From contig CAZEKH010000004.1 of NCBI GenBank assembly GCA_964512925.1, positions 72,392 through 136,391 on the forward strand: a DNA stretch of 64,000 nt, given 5' to 3'. The notes under the pieces were generated by a model. The model saw nothing but the letters and a program-made list of their open reading frames with translations. It did no database searches and had not been told where the DNA came from. A program made the translations under genes and the position numbers. This stretch comes from an uncultured Candidatus Saccharibacteria bacterium (lineage in GTDB: Bacteria > Patescibacteriota > Doudnabacteria > UBA920). Positions 46,301 through 55,211 of the stretch are shown here, piece by piece (position 1 is the first letter of the stretch; each line of letters starts with the position of its first letter).

Positions 46301-47494
46301 ATGAAAAAATCCATTTATTTAGATTATGCCGCCTCAGCCCCCATAGTAAAAGAAGTCTTGGTAGAAATGTCTCGGATTGAACAAGAGATTTACGGCAACC
46401 CGTCCAGCTTGCACCAAAAGGGGAGAGAGGCTTTTTTACTCATAGAAAAATCCAGACAAAAAATTGCCGGGATTTTTTCTTCAAGTCCGGAAGAAATATA
46501 TTTTACTTCGGGCGGCACTGAAAGTTGTAATTTGGCAATTTTGGGATATGCTAGAGCACAAAAAAAGGGGAGTCACATAATCACAACCGCTTTTGAACAT
46601 CACGCTGTTTTAAATCCTTTAAAGCAGTTGGAGTTTGAAGGTTATAAAGTTACATACTTAAAACCCAGTCCGGAGGGTTTTGTTGAAGCTGAAAAAATTA
46701 AGAAAGCAATCAAAGCGGAAACTGTTTTGGTGACAGCGATGTATGCAAATAATGAAATAGGAACCATACAACCGGTAATTGAGATAGGAAAGTTAATAGC
46801 GGCAGAAAATAAACACAGAAGATCGCAAGGGAAAAAGCAGATAGTTTTTCATACGGACGCGTGCCAGGCGGCAGGGTATTTGGATTTAAATGTTCAAACC
46901 TTGGGCGTGGATTTGATGTCAATAAATGGAAGCAAAATCGGCGGTCCGAAAGGAGCCGGAGTTTTGTTTATAAAAAAAGGCATAAATTTAAAACCTTTGG
47001 TTTATGGAGGCGGGCAGGAAAGCAATATAAGGTCAGGAACAGAAAATACCGTTGGCATTGTAGGGCTTGCCAAAGCTTTGGAGCTGGCTCAGGGATCTAA
47101 AAGTAAAAATTACGCTAAAGTTAGCGAGTTAAGGAATTGGCTTTTTAAGAATATTTTAAAAGAAATTCCGAAATCTTATATAAATGGCAGTCTGGAAAAC
47201 CGACTACCCAATAACTTAAACCTCAGATTTGAGGGAGTTGAAGGGGAGATGTTGATGTTGTATTTAGATGCGAAGGGTATATTTATATCAACTGGAAGCG
47301 CGTGCAGCACTTCCGAAACATTACTTTCGCACGTATTAAAAAGTATTGGACTTTCAGATAGGGAGGCGAGGAGTAGTATAAGAATTACAATGGGTAAAGA
47401 AACTACTAAATCTGATCTAAAATATTTTGTATCAGTCTTAAAATCAAATGTTGAACTAATTAGAAAATCAAAAAATAGTTTTTTTATAGATTAA
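46301..47494 (+). CDS. iscS: Cysteine desulfurase (IscS/NifS family)
   Basis: YLDYAA, GNPSS, FTSGGTES, HTDACQ, STGSAC. Confidence 0.92.
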   Translation: MKKSIYLDYAASAPIVKEVLVEMSRIEQEIYGNPSSLHQKGREAFLLIEKSRQKIAGIFSSSPEEIYFTSGGTESCNLAILGYARAQKKGSHIITTAFEHHAVLNPLKQLEFEGYKVTYLKPSPEGFVEAEKIKKAIKAETVLVTAMYANNEIGTIQPVIEIGKLIAAENKHRRSQGKKQIVFHTDACQAAGYLDLNVQTLGVDLMSINGSKIGGPKGAGVLFIKKGINLKPLVYGGGQESNIRSGTENTVGIVGLAKALELAQGSKSKNYAKVSELRNWLFKNILKEIPKSYINGSLENRLPNNLNLRFEGVEGEMLMLYLDAKGIFISTGSACSTSETLLSHVLKSIGLSDREARSSIRITMGKETTKSDLKYFVSVLKSNVELIRKSKNSFFID

Positions 47495-47589
47495 TATAAA
47501 AAAAAATTTTTGAATAAAATCCCACTTAGTTTAACTGATTAAAAGTTCTTTATATCTGCTTAAGGGGAGTATTATTAGAAATATATAGT

Positions 47590-47617
47590 ATGTCGCACAA
47601 TGTATCTTATGCGACAT
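47590..47617. other. dif-like Xer recombination site (11-6-11)
   Basis: ATGTCGCACAA-TGTATC-TTATGCGACAT; resembles E. coli dif GGTGCGCATAA-TGTATA-TTATGTTAAAT; in an AT-rich intergenic region where gene orientation flips. Confidence 0.8.
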
Positions 47618-47732
47618 ATAATATATAAATTAACAAAATTATTTCTTTTTATCTCTTTGTTTTTGAATTAGTTTACCGTGCTTTCCGTTTAAAAGTTTTT
47701 CAAAAATAAAATTTATACATTGTATTAAACTT

Positions 47733-47763
47733 AAAACCCAAATGAATATTCATTTGGGTTTTA
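47733..47763 (-). terminator. Terminator-like perfect palindrome
   Basis: AAAACCCAAATGAAT/ATTCATTTGGGTTTT. Confidence 0.7.
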
Positions 47764-47841
47764 TTGGCATATTATTGTTCCTATACTTTTTATTTTTAGC
47801 GGCAGTGAGGTATTACTTGTCCCCTATCTTTGTATAAAGGC

Positions 47842-48807
47842 CTAATTTTTACAGGCCGTGTCTAAATCTATGTGGATGTGGTCATATTTACGGGCATCAG
47901 TACCTGGGTTAACCTGAAGCCCTAACGAGCTGGCCTTTGCTTCAGCTGCCTTGCCTGCCGGGCTGGATCTGAAAGCTTGTGAACCGTCGGCAAAATCTAC
48001 TGCGCAAAAACGGTAATGATAAGAATTTTTAGCATGTTGGCCGGAGGATACGGAAGAGATTTGTATTTTGCCTTTAGCTGATCCGGCCTTGCATATTTCC
48101 ACCACAGCGGCAAAAATTTCCGGCTGGATACGCGCCGCTTCTTTTTGAAACCTGGCTGCGTCCTGCCAGCCGCAGCCGGCTTGGGTTATGAGCGCTGGGT
48201 CATTTGACCCTAAAGCGTTGAAAATTTGTCCAGAGGAATTTTTCACTCCAGTAACGTTTCCGCTAGAATCTATAACTTGTGTCCAGTCATCCCACCCCGT
48301 TGTATCCAAAGCCACGCTCGGCAGCTGTAGTTTTGGGAACTTCACTAAATCTGGGTTAATGGTTTTAAGGAGTAAATAACCACCCATCAGTAGCACAAGT
48401 CCGGTTAAGCTGGTAGCCAGCATATCTTTGGCTTTGGAAACAGATTCATTATTGCCCTCGGCTGACATATATAAGTATCCGGCTATAACTATGAAAAAGA
48501 CTGAGATGGTGGCCCCAACAATGATGGCAAGGCGGTAAAGCTTGTTGATACAGCTGTATAGATCTCCTTGCCCTGAGACTTTGACTGTGCTTCCGTTAAC
48601 TATGTTTGCGTTTCCTGAAATATTGCTGTTATCCGAAGGCGCGCAGAGATACTTTTTTATCTGATCTGAAACTCCTGTATAGCTGGAGCCTTTTTGGGTG
48701 TAGGGGTTTTGGGTTTGGGCAAAAACTAAATTTACATTTGCCAGTAAAATAGCAAAGCTGAAGAAAAGAAAAAAGACCAGTTTGATTTTTTGTTTTGAGA
48801 ATATCAT
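47842..48807 (-). CDS. Pilin-like (TrbC/VirB2-type 2-TM) protein fused to a peptidase M15/LAS domain
   Basis: IVIAGYLYMSAEGN...SKAKDML...LLLKTINPDL; C-terminal H-x6-D (HYRFCAVD) and HIH. Confidence 0.8.
   Translation of the reverse strand: MIFSKQKIKLVFFLFFSFAILLANVNLVFAQTQNPYTQKGSSYTGVSDQIKKYLCAPSDNSNISGNANIVNGSTVKVSGQGDLYSCINKLYRLAIIVGATISVFFIVIAGYLYMSAEGNNESVSKAKDMLATSLTGLVLLMGGYLLLKTINPDLVKFPKLQLPSVALDTTGWDDWTQVIDSSGNVTGVKNSSGQIFNALGSNDPALITQAGCGWQDAARFQKEAARIQPEIFAAVVEICKAGSAKGKIQISSVSSGQHAKNSYHYRFCAVDFADGSQAFRSSPAGKAAEAKASSLGLQVNPGTDARKYDHIHIDLDTACKN
48304..48711. repeat. 408-bp direct repeat, copy 2
   Basis: Collinear with 49696-50103; 127/136 aa identical. Confidence 0.9.
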
Positions 48808-49232
48808 TTTATGCAGGTTACTGACAGGTTGTTTTCCTGATTTTTTATAAGTTCCATATTTGCAGCCTTTAGAATAGGGTCAAAAAATACCGGGTTATTA
48901 AAAGAGCTTTTTGGATTTGAAGTTGTAAAAGGTTTAGCGCATTTAAGCCAAAGCAAATCGCCTGTTGTATTCAATTCTACTTGTCCGTAGTTTTCTAATT
49001 CTGGCAAAGACAATGTTTTGGGATAATCCTGATAAATCAATTCCGCTTTAAGTTGTTGATTTTTTTCAGTTAAAGACAGAATATAACTTTCTATGGTAGA
49101 AGTTGGTGTAATGTTTGTAGTTACAGGGTTCTTGATTGTTTGCGGTGTCTTCTCAACAAACAGAAGAGCGCCTATGGCAATTAGACCAAAAAATATTAGG
49201 ATAGAAAGTAAAATAATTATAAACTTATTCAT
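48804..49232 (-). CDS. Membrane-anchored hypothetical protein
   Basis: N-terminal TM, two Cys; ATGA overlap with the downstream gene. Confidence 0.75.
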   Translation of the reverse strand: MNKFIIILLSILIFFGLIAIGALLFVEKTPQTIKNPVTTNITPTSTIESYILSLTEKNQQLKAELIYQDYPKTLSLPELENYGQVELNTTGDLLWLKCAKPFTTSNPKSSFNNPVFFDPILKAANMELIKNQENNLSVTCIK

Positions 49233-49242
49233 AATATATTAT

Positions 49243-50211
49243 TTAGGCTCGAAATTTGTTAAGCCACGATGCAACAGCATCAACACCCTTATCCCAGGTG
49301 CCAAAATTTTGTTTGTTGCCGGCATCGTCATTTCCAACGTTGCCTGGGTTGAAGGTTTGCGCTCCAAGCCCTTTGGTTCCTAGCGAACTGTCGGTTTGCA
49401 TTATGGCAACCATAAGTTTTGCATCTACATTATATTTTGCCGCCGAAGCAAGAATCATTGAGCCGGTTAAGGGAGTTTTTGGAGCTGCTTTTTTTAAATA
49501 TGAATCTATGGTTTGGGGCGATGAAAAATCAATATTTTTCAAATCGTTATATATTTGGGTAACCAAAGCCTCATGATTAGAGGCAGTGGCATAAGGACCA
49601 ATATTATAGCCAGCTAAAATATGCGTCTGGGTTGAATTTCCCGCGCCTCCCCCTCCTCGCGTTGAGGTAAAAGAATAAGTATTCCACTCCGCAGCATCCA
49701 AAGCCACGCTTGGCAGTCTCAGTGTTGGGAATTTTACCAAATCCGGGTTAATGGTTTTAAGGAGTAAATAACCACCCATCAAAAGCACAAGTCCGGTTAA
49801 ACTGGTTGTTAATATATCTTTGGCTTTAGACACAGATTCGTTATTACCCTCGGCTGACATATACAAGTACCCGGCTATAACGATAAAAAAGACTGAGATG
49901 GTAGCTCCGACTATGATGGCAAAGCGGTAAAGTTTGTTGATACAGCTATACAAATCTCCTTGTCCTGAGATTTTGACCGTGCTTCCGTTAACTATATTTG
50001 CATCTCCTGAGATATTGTTGTTATCCGAAGGCGCGCAAAGAAACTTTTTTATTTGATCTGAAACTCCTGTGTAGCTTGAACCTTTTTGGGTGTAGGGGTT
50101 TTGACCAGCTGCGGGCAAAGCGTCAGTTTGGGCAAAGACATTGGAAACATTGCCAAAAAATATTCCAAACAGAATATAACAAAAGAAAAAAATTTGAAAT
50201 TGTTTTTTCAT
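49243..50211 (-). CDS. Pilin-like 2-TM protein fused to a lysozyme/glucosaminidase-like domain
   Basis: Same N-terminal module; AAKYNVDAKLMVAIMQTDSSLGT...NPGNV. Confidence 0.8.
   Translation of the reverse strand: MKKQFQIFFFCYILFGIFFGNVSNVFAQTDALPAAGQNPYTQKGSSYTGVSDQIKKFLCAPSDNNNISGDANIVNGSTVKISGQGDLYSCINKLYRFAIIVGATISVFFIVIAGYLYMSAEGNNESVSKAKDILTTSLTGLVLLMGGYLLLKTINPDLVKFPTLRLPSVALDAAEWNTYSFTSTRGGGGAGNSTQTHILAGYNIGPYATASNHEALVTQIYNDLKNIDFSSPQTIDSYLKKAAPKTPLTGSMILASAAKYNVDAKLMVAIMQTDSSLGTKGLGAQTFNPGNVGNDDAGNKQNFGTWDKGVDAVASWLNKFRA
49696..50103. repeat. 408-bp direct repeat, copy 1
   Basis: Collinear with 48304-48711. Confidence 0.9.
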
Positions 50212-50217
50212 TTTAGA

Positions 50218-51534
50218 TTATAAAAAATCCAGCGGGTTGTAGGTGTAGCCAAAAGGCAGGCGGTAAGAACCGTAAATGTTGCTGTATTTACCGTTTGAAA
50301 CCCCAAATCCTTCGGCGTCGTAGACGCCGAAATGTATGTGGTATCCCCTTTCCGGCCCATATAATTTTTTAGTGGTATTGCCTGTGTTGCCTTCGTATCC
50401 GACAATATCTCCCTGCAATACTTTTTGTCCGGGTTTTACTTTATAACTTCGTAAGTGTGCATATAAAGTTACGATGCCTCTTGATCCGCCGGAGGTGCTG
50501 ATGTTATGTTTGATAGCAACCCAGTTTCCATAAGCTTGATCTGAAGAGTCTGTGTATAAAACTTCTCCGTCTGCGGCCGCATATACGGGCTGTCCAGCCG
50601 GGGCTGCTATATCGATCCCATTATGAAAATTGTAACCCAAGGCGGTAAAGCCTGTATTTCCGTATTTTTGAGTTAAAATCCCGTCCATTGGCCAGGCTAA
50701 AACTCCTTTTTTTGCCGCTATGGTTTTTTTACCGAGTTTTGTCCTTATTTGTTCGTCAAGTTCATTGATTTCTTTTTGAATATCCTGCTCTTCTTTTTTG
50801 CTTGTGGCTAAAAGTTTTTGAAAATTGGATTCCAAACCTCTGGTTTGAGCGAGCAATTTTTCTTTTTGAGAACGTTGGGTGACCAGCGATTCCTTGCTTA
50901 TTTGCAGCTGCTCTTTTAGCTCATTTAAATTTTTTAACTGTATTGTTAATTCTTTTTGTTGTTGTTCCAGTCTTGCTTTCAGGTCTTTTATTTTTTTTAC
51001 CAGCTGGAAAATTTTATCTTGATAACTGTTATTGTACTCTATTTGGTCTAAAAATTCGGAAAGATTTTTCGCGCCCAATGTGGATTGGAGTTGGTATTGC
51101 TGGTCAAATTCATTTAGTTCCACTATCAGCTGGCTCAAAACTTTTTTGTTGTCCGCAATTTCTTTTATTTTTTGCTCTATGAGCTTTTCCGTTTCCGCTA
51201 TTTGGAGTTGAGTATCTTCAATTTGGGTGTTTTTTGCTTCTATTTGCAGTTCCATAGACGCAATTTCCCGGTCAAAAATGAAAACTTCGTTTTTGAGTGA
51301 ATTGGAAGCGTCTCTGGCTTTGGCGATTTGTTCGGTGTATTGCTTGATTTGTTTATTTAATTGTTCCAGCTTTTGCTGGCGCTGGTCTTTTTCGTTTTGC
51401 AGTTTAGTTGCGGCGTCTGTAGCGTCATCGGCTTTAGTTAAAAAAGCGCTCAAACAAAACATAAACAAAAAAACCGGCAAAGCAAACAAAGCCAACATTT
51501 TTCGTTTATTTTTTGTTTCAATGAGGTTAATCAT
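50218..51534 (-). CDS. Coiled-coil + M23 peptidase (EnvC/PcsB-like murein hydrolase or activator)
   Basis: Signal peptide, long coiled coil, HNGID, YAH, HIHF. Confidence 0.9.
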   Translation of the reverse strand: MINLIETKNKRKMLALFALPVFLFMFCLSAFLTKADDATDAATKLQNEKDQRQQKLEQLNKQIKQYTEQIAKARDASNSLKNEVFIFDREIASMELQIEAKNTQIEDTQLQIAETEKLIEQKIKEIADNKKVLSQLIVELNEFDQQYQLQSTLGAKNLSEFLDQIEYNNSYQDKIFQLVKKIKDLKARLEQQQKELTIQLKNLNELKEQLQISKESLVTQRSQKEKLLAQTRGLESNFQKLLATSKKEEQDIQKEINELDEQIRTKLGKKTIAAKKGVLAWPMDGILTQKYGNTGFTALGYNFHNGIDIAAPAGQPVYAAADGEVLYTDSSDQAYGNWVAIKHNISTSGGSRGIVTLYAHLRSYKVKPGQKVLQGDIVGYEGNTGNTTKKLYGPERGYHIHFGVYDAEGFGVSNGKYSNIYGSYRLPFGYTYNPLDFL

Positions 51535-51566
51535 TAAAATAATTATACCATAAATTTTCAAAAAAT

Positions 51567-51601
51567 AAAAACCCGCAATTTTTTTTCAATGCGGGTTTTT
51601 T
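51567..51601 (-). terminator. gltX terminator
   Basis: AAAAACCCGCA/TGCGGGTTTTT. Confidence 0.75.
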
Positions 51602-51611
51602 GTTTTATTTA

Positions 51612-53144
51612 TTATAATTCAGTAGCGGCTTGGATCAGTCTGTCTATTATCTCTTGTTTCCCTTGGCCAAACAACAGCACTGAAGCAACTTCAAAAGGTC
51701 CGGGACTTTTTTCTTGGCCGGTTAACGCATACCTCAAAGGCCATAATACAGAGCCGTTGTCGTAACCGTTTTTTTCTATAAAAGACTTAAGCTCCGTTTC
51801 AAGATTTGCTTTAGAAAATTTGGCCGTATCTAGAGTTTTGAAAAATTCCGCAAGCTCGTTTAAAACTTTTTTTGTAGACTCAGCCGTGGATTTTTTCCAA
51901 ACCATGAGCTTGGGGTCAACTTTCGGGCGGACAAAAAAGTATGTTGTCCGCTCCCCTATTTCCGAGAGTTTTTTTAGTCTTTCTTTTTCTAAGTTCGCGA
52001 TTTGTTCAAAATATTCGTGCGGCAGGACGGTTTTGTCAAAGTTTAAATGGTTAGCTTCCCAATACTTTAACCAGTAAGGCAAAAGCTCGTTGGTAAGTTT
52101 GCTTGGGTTCATTGTTTTAATGTATTGGCTGTTCATCCAGTCGAGCTTGTTTTGGTCAAAGACAGCCGGCGCTTTGTTTATTTTTTCCAAGTCAAAATTT
52201 TCCATGAGTTCATCCATACTGAAAATTTCTTGCTCGGTTTTCGGGTTCCAACCTAAAAAAGCCACAAAATTTATTAGCGCGTCTTTTAGATAGCCTTTGG
52301 ACAGAAAATCTTCAACAGCCACATCGCCTTGTCTTTTGGAAAGTTTTGACTTGTCTGGATTTAAAATCAGCGGCAAATGGGCGTACTGGGCGGGCTGAAA
52401 GCCCAAAGCATTGGCTATGAGCAAATGTTTTGGAGTGGACGGCAGCCATTCTTCCCCGCGGATAACGTGAGTAATTTTCATATGATGGTCATCTACGACA
52501 ACAGCAAGGTGGTAAGTCGGGAAGCCATCGGATTTTAGTATGACTTGGTCGTCTAAAATTTGGTTTTGATATTTGACCACGCCAAAAATCAGGTCGTTGT
52601 GCACTGTTTCTCCTTCAAGCGGGATTGCAAAACGGATGACCGGATTTTTACCCAAAGCCTTAAATTCGGCTTGTTTTTTTTCAATTTCTTTTGCGGTTAA
52701 ATTCCTGCAATGACGGTCGTACATCGGAGGTTTTTTTAGCGCAACCTGCTCTTTGCGAAGTTCATCAAGCCTTTCAGAAGAACAAAAGCAGAAATATGCT
52801 TTTTTTTCTTCCACCAATTGAAGAGCGTATTTTTGGTAAATTTCTAAACGTTTGGATTGAAGGTATGGGCCATAGTCCCCTTTCTCTTCTAAGCTTCCGT
52901 CGGGTTTTAAAAAATATCCTTCATCAAACCCAATACCAACTTCACTCATCACTTTCAGTAAATTTTCCACTGCCCCTGAAACTAGGCGGTTTTGGTCGGT
53001 ATCTTCTATGCGCAGGATATGACTGCCTTTGTTTTTTTTTGCAAATAAAAAAGAAAACAGCGCGGTTCTAAGCGAGCCTATGTGAACAAAGCCGGTGGGG
53101 CTGGGAGCAAAGCGAGTCCGTACAGATTGATCAAAATTGCCCAT
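51612..53144 (-). CDS. gltX: Glutamate--tRNA ligase
   Basis: RFAPSPTGFVHIG, RIEDTD, KLSKR. Confidence 0.97.
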   Translation of the reverse strand: MGNFDQSVRTRFAPSPTGFVHIGSLRTALFSFLFAKKNKGSHILRIEDTDQNRLVSGAVENLLKVMSEVGIGFDEGYFLKPDGSLEEKGDYGPYLQSKRLEIYQKYALQLVEEKKAYFCFCSSERLDELRKEQVALKKPPMYDRHCRNLTAKEIEKKQAEFKALGKNPVIRFAIPLEGETVHNDLIFGVVKYQNQILDDQVILKSDGFPTYHLAVVVDDHHMKITHVIRGEEWLPSTPKHLLIANALGFQPAQYAHLPLILNPDKSKLSKRQGDVAVEDFLSKGYLKDALINFVAFLGWNPKTEQEIFSMDELMENFDLEKINKAPAVFDQNKLDWMNSQYIKTMNPSKLTNELLPYWLKYWEANHLNFDKTVLPHEYFEQIANLEKERLKKLSEIGERTTYFFVRPKVDPKLMVWKKSTAESTKKVLNELAEFFKTLDTAKFSKANLETELKSFIEKNGYDNGSVLWPLRYALTGQEKSPGPFEVASVLLFGQGKQEIIDRLIQAATEL

Positions 53145-53202
53145 AATTAAATGAGATTATTATAAGATTACTAACTGATTATAGCTTTTTTATGGCGAAT
53201 AA

Positions 53203-54150
53203 TCAAACCTGGGAAGATTTAATTTTGTATTTAATCAGTTCGGATACAAGGCCCCAAGTTGCGTGGAAAATCCTTTTATATCTTTTGGGCTGGGTTAGAA
53301 GTCTCCATAACCATTCCAGACCCATTTGAGCTAGTATTTTTGGAGGCTTTGGGTATATGCCGGCTAAATAATCAAAAGTTCCGCCAACGCCCATAACCAA
53401 ATTGATGCTTGAAAGTTTTGGCAAATTTTCCAAAATCCACTTCTCCTGGCGGATAGGTCCAAACGCAACAAATAAAATATCAGGGTTTGCGATGTTTATA
53501 TCATCAATAATTGACACATCCTCGGGATTTTTGTTTGAATATTGAACCCTGATTTTTTGATCTGCTGATCTACTGATCAACTGTTCCGCTGCCAATTTCG
53601 GAGTTTCCCCAAATCCTCCAAGTAAATAAATTGACCAGTTATTTTTTTCCGCAAGCTCTGCAATGTCAGAAACTAGTTCTCGTCCCGGGATTCTTTCTAT
53701 TTGCGTACCAAGCCCCCTCCCCTGCCCTCCCCCGCCTGTGGCGGGAGATGGAGAAAAAAAAGGAAAGGCAAATTTGATTAGCACAGCTAACGCTTGAAAG
53801 TAGGCTTTAAAAATTATTTTCCAGTGGTTAACATTTTCTAGCTTGCCTTTGAACTTATTTTTTTCCCCTCTCCCCGAATCAGATGGGGGGGGAGAGTAGG
53901 GTGGGGGTGTGGGTGGTATTTCCAAATATGTTTTTGCCCACAAAATCCCAATACCGTCAGCTAGGGCAATGTCAGCTTTGTTTAGCATTTCTAAAATTTG
54001 TTTGTCGCGTAAAGCAGCATACAAAAATTCTGAGTACAAAGTCGTTACCCAGGTTTTTTGTTTGTTTCTAATATTTTTTTCTAATTCTTTCAGTAATTCA
54101 GGTTTAGAAAAGTTGTTAATCTTAAGTCCCGCAACATCAATTTTTTGCAT
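53203..54150 (-). CDS. WecB/TagA/CpsF family glycosyltransferase with repeat-derived insertions
   Basis: ADGIG, ERIPG, PDILFVAFG, QEKWI, GVGGTFD, GLEWLWRL. Confidence 0.92.
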   Translation of the reverse strand: MQKIDVAGLKINNFSKPELLKELEKNIRNKQKTWVTTLYSEFLYAALRDKQILEMLNKADIALADGIGILWAKTYLEIPPTPPPYSPPPSDSGRGEKNKFKGKLENVNHWKIIFKAYFQALAVLIKFAFPFFSPSPATGGGGQGRGLGTQIERIPGRELVSDIAELAEKNNWSIYLLGGFGETPKLAAEQLISRSADQKIRVQYSNKNPEDVSIIDDINIANPDILFVAFGPIRQEKWILENLPKLSSINLVMGVGGTFDYLAGIYPKPPKILAQMGLEWLWRLLTQPKRYKRIFHATWGLVSELIKYKIKSSQV

Positions 54151-54226
54151 TATATTTATTTACCCAATAATGTATCATTACTCTAATATTATACCCAAAA
54201 TCCACAAAATCAGCTATAATATCCCT

Positions 54227-54529
54227 ATGGAATTAATAGGTAAAATAGCTTCCAAAATAAAAAAATCAGAAAAGCCCAGGAAAAACCCGCATCTCCACTC
54301 CCCCACCCATCTGCTTGCTGAAGAGCTAACTTTGAAGCTGAATGATAAAAAACATTTTGCTTTTTACCTGAAAATGGCTGTACTTTATGACCATAACTGG
54401 CTTAGGAAGCTGGCTGGTGAGATTTTGGAAAACCGAAATGTGCAAACACCTGGTAAACTATTTGCGTACCTTATTAAAAAAGCCAACTTGGAAAAGAAAG
54501 CTGAGGCAAATATTGAAAAGGCAAAATAA
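54227..54529 (+). CDS. Helical hypothetical protein (100 aa)
   Basis: TATAAT 6 nt before the ATG; LNDKKHFAFYLK...PGKLFAYL. Confidence 0.75.
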   Translation: MELIGKIASKIKKSEKPRKNPHLHSPTHLLAEELTLKLNDKKHFAFYLKMAVLYDHNWLRKLAGEILENRNVQTPGKLFAYLIKKANLEKKAEANIEKAK

Positions 54530-54654
54530 AAAAGCGCCAAAGGGGGCTGGCGCTGCTGTCAAGTCTCCCGGAGCTAGACCGTTCAAAAAGAAAGGGGAGC
54601 CTTTACTCCCATCGCATATTTCCCCCTTTATTTAGCAAGACACTTGCTAACAGT
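54528..54654 (-). ncRNA. Candidate ~125-nt sRNA with its own promoter and terminator
   Basis: TTGACT-N16-TATAAT (54688-54661); four hairpins; AGCGCCA/TGGCGCT plus U-tract. Confidence 0.5.
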
Positions 54655-54687
54655 AAACTGATTATAAAGATAAATTTTTTTTAGTCA

Positions 54688-55179
54688 ATGATCCTCCCAA
54701 TCCTTACATACCCAAACGACATCTTAAGAAAACCGACTGAGCCGGTGAGTTTTCCTTTGTCTTCAGAGATGAAGAAACTCACCAAAGATATGATAGAAAC
54801 AGTCAGGAAAGCGGACGGCATTGGTCTTGCCGCTCCGCAGGTTGGAAAGTCGGTTAAGCTGATAGTGGTGAATTTGGAAAAATCGGAAATACCTCTGTTT
54901 CCTCTATATAATCCAAAAGTAGTAAGCAAAGGCGGAAAAAAGATTGAGATTGAAGAAGGCTGTTTGTCCATCCCCGGAGTTTTTGGTATGGTTAAACGGC
55001 CAAAAAAAGTGACCATAGAAGCGCAAAATATGAAAGGCGAAACCATAACTTTTACGGACGAGGGTTGGGTGTCTCGGGTTTGTCAGCACGAGATAGACCA
55101 CATAAATGGGATTTTAATAATTGATTTAATAAAAAAATATACTAAAGGGGAAGAGGTTGTTAGAGAGTTAGAGAGTTAG
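54688..55179 (+). CDS. def: Peptide deformylase
   Basis: GIGLAAPQVG, EGCLS, QHEIDH. Confidence 0.97.
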   Translation: MILPILTYPNDILRKPTEPVSFPLSSEMKKLTKDMIETVRKADGIGLAAPQVGKSVKLIVVNLEKSEIPLFPLYNPKVVSKGGKKIEIEEGCLSIPGVFGMVKRPKKVTIEAQNMKGETITFTDEGWVSRVCQHEIDHINGILIIDLIKKYTKGEEVVRELES

Positions 55180-55211
55180 AGAGTAATTCCGAATTTGTTT
55201 TTCAAATATAT

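Noticed and set aside
48304-50103. 408-bp repeat as a diversity-generating retroelement TR/VR pair
   Set aside because: Differences are mostly synonymous and not adenine-specific; both copies are coding; no reverse transcriptase
47590-51600. Hydrolase operon as a Xer-integrated mobile element
   Set aside because: No second dif-like site, integrase or replication gene seen
53909-54226. Long N-terminus of the 53909-54529 ORF
   Set aside because: Antisense to the WecB-family gene; TATAAT 6 nt before the ATG at 54227 supports the shorter gene
54550-54585. Faint resemblance to the SRP RNA domain IV motif (UCC-GGGA...AGCAGC)
   Set aside because: The stem around the tetraloop and the symmetric loop do not pair as required
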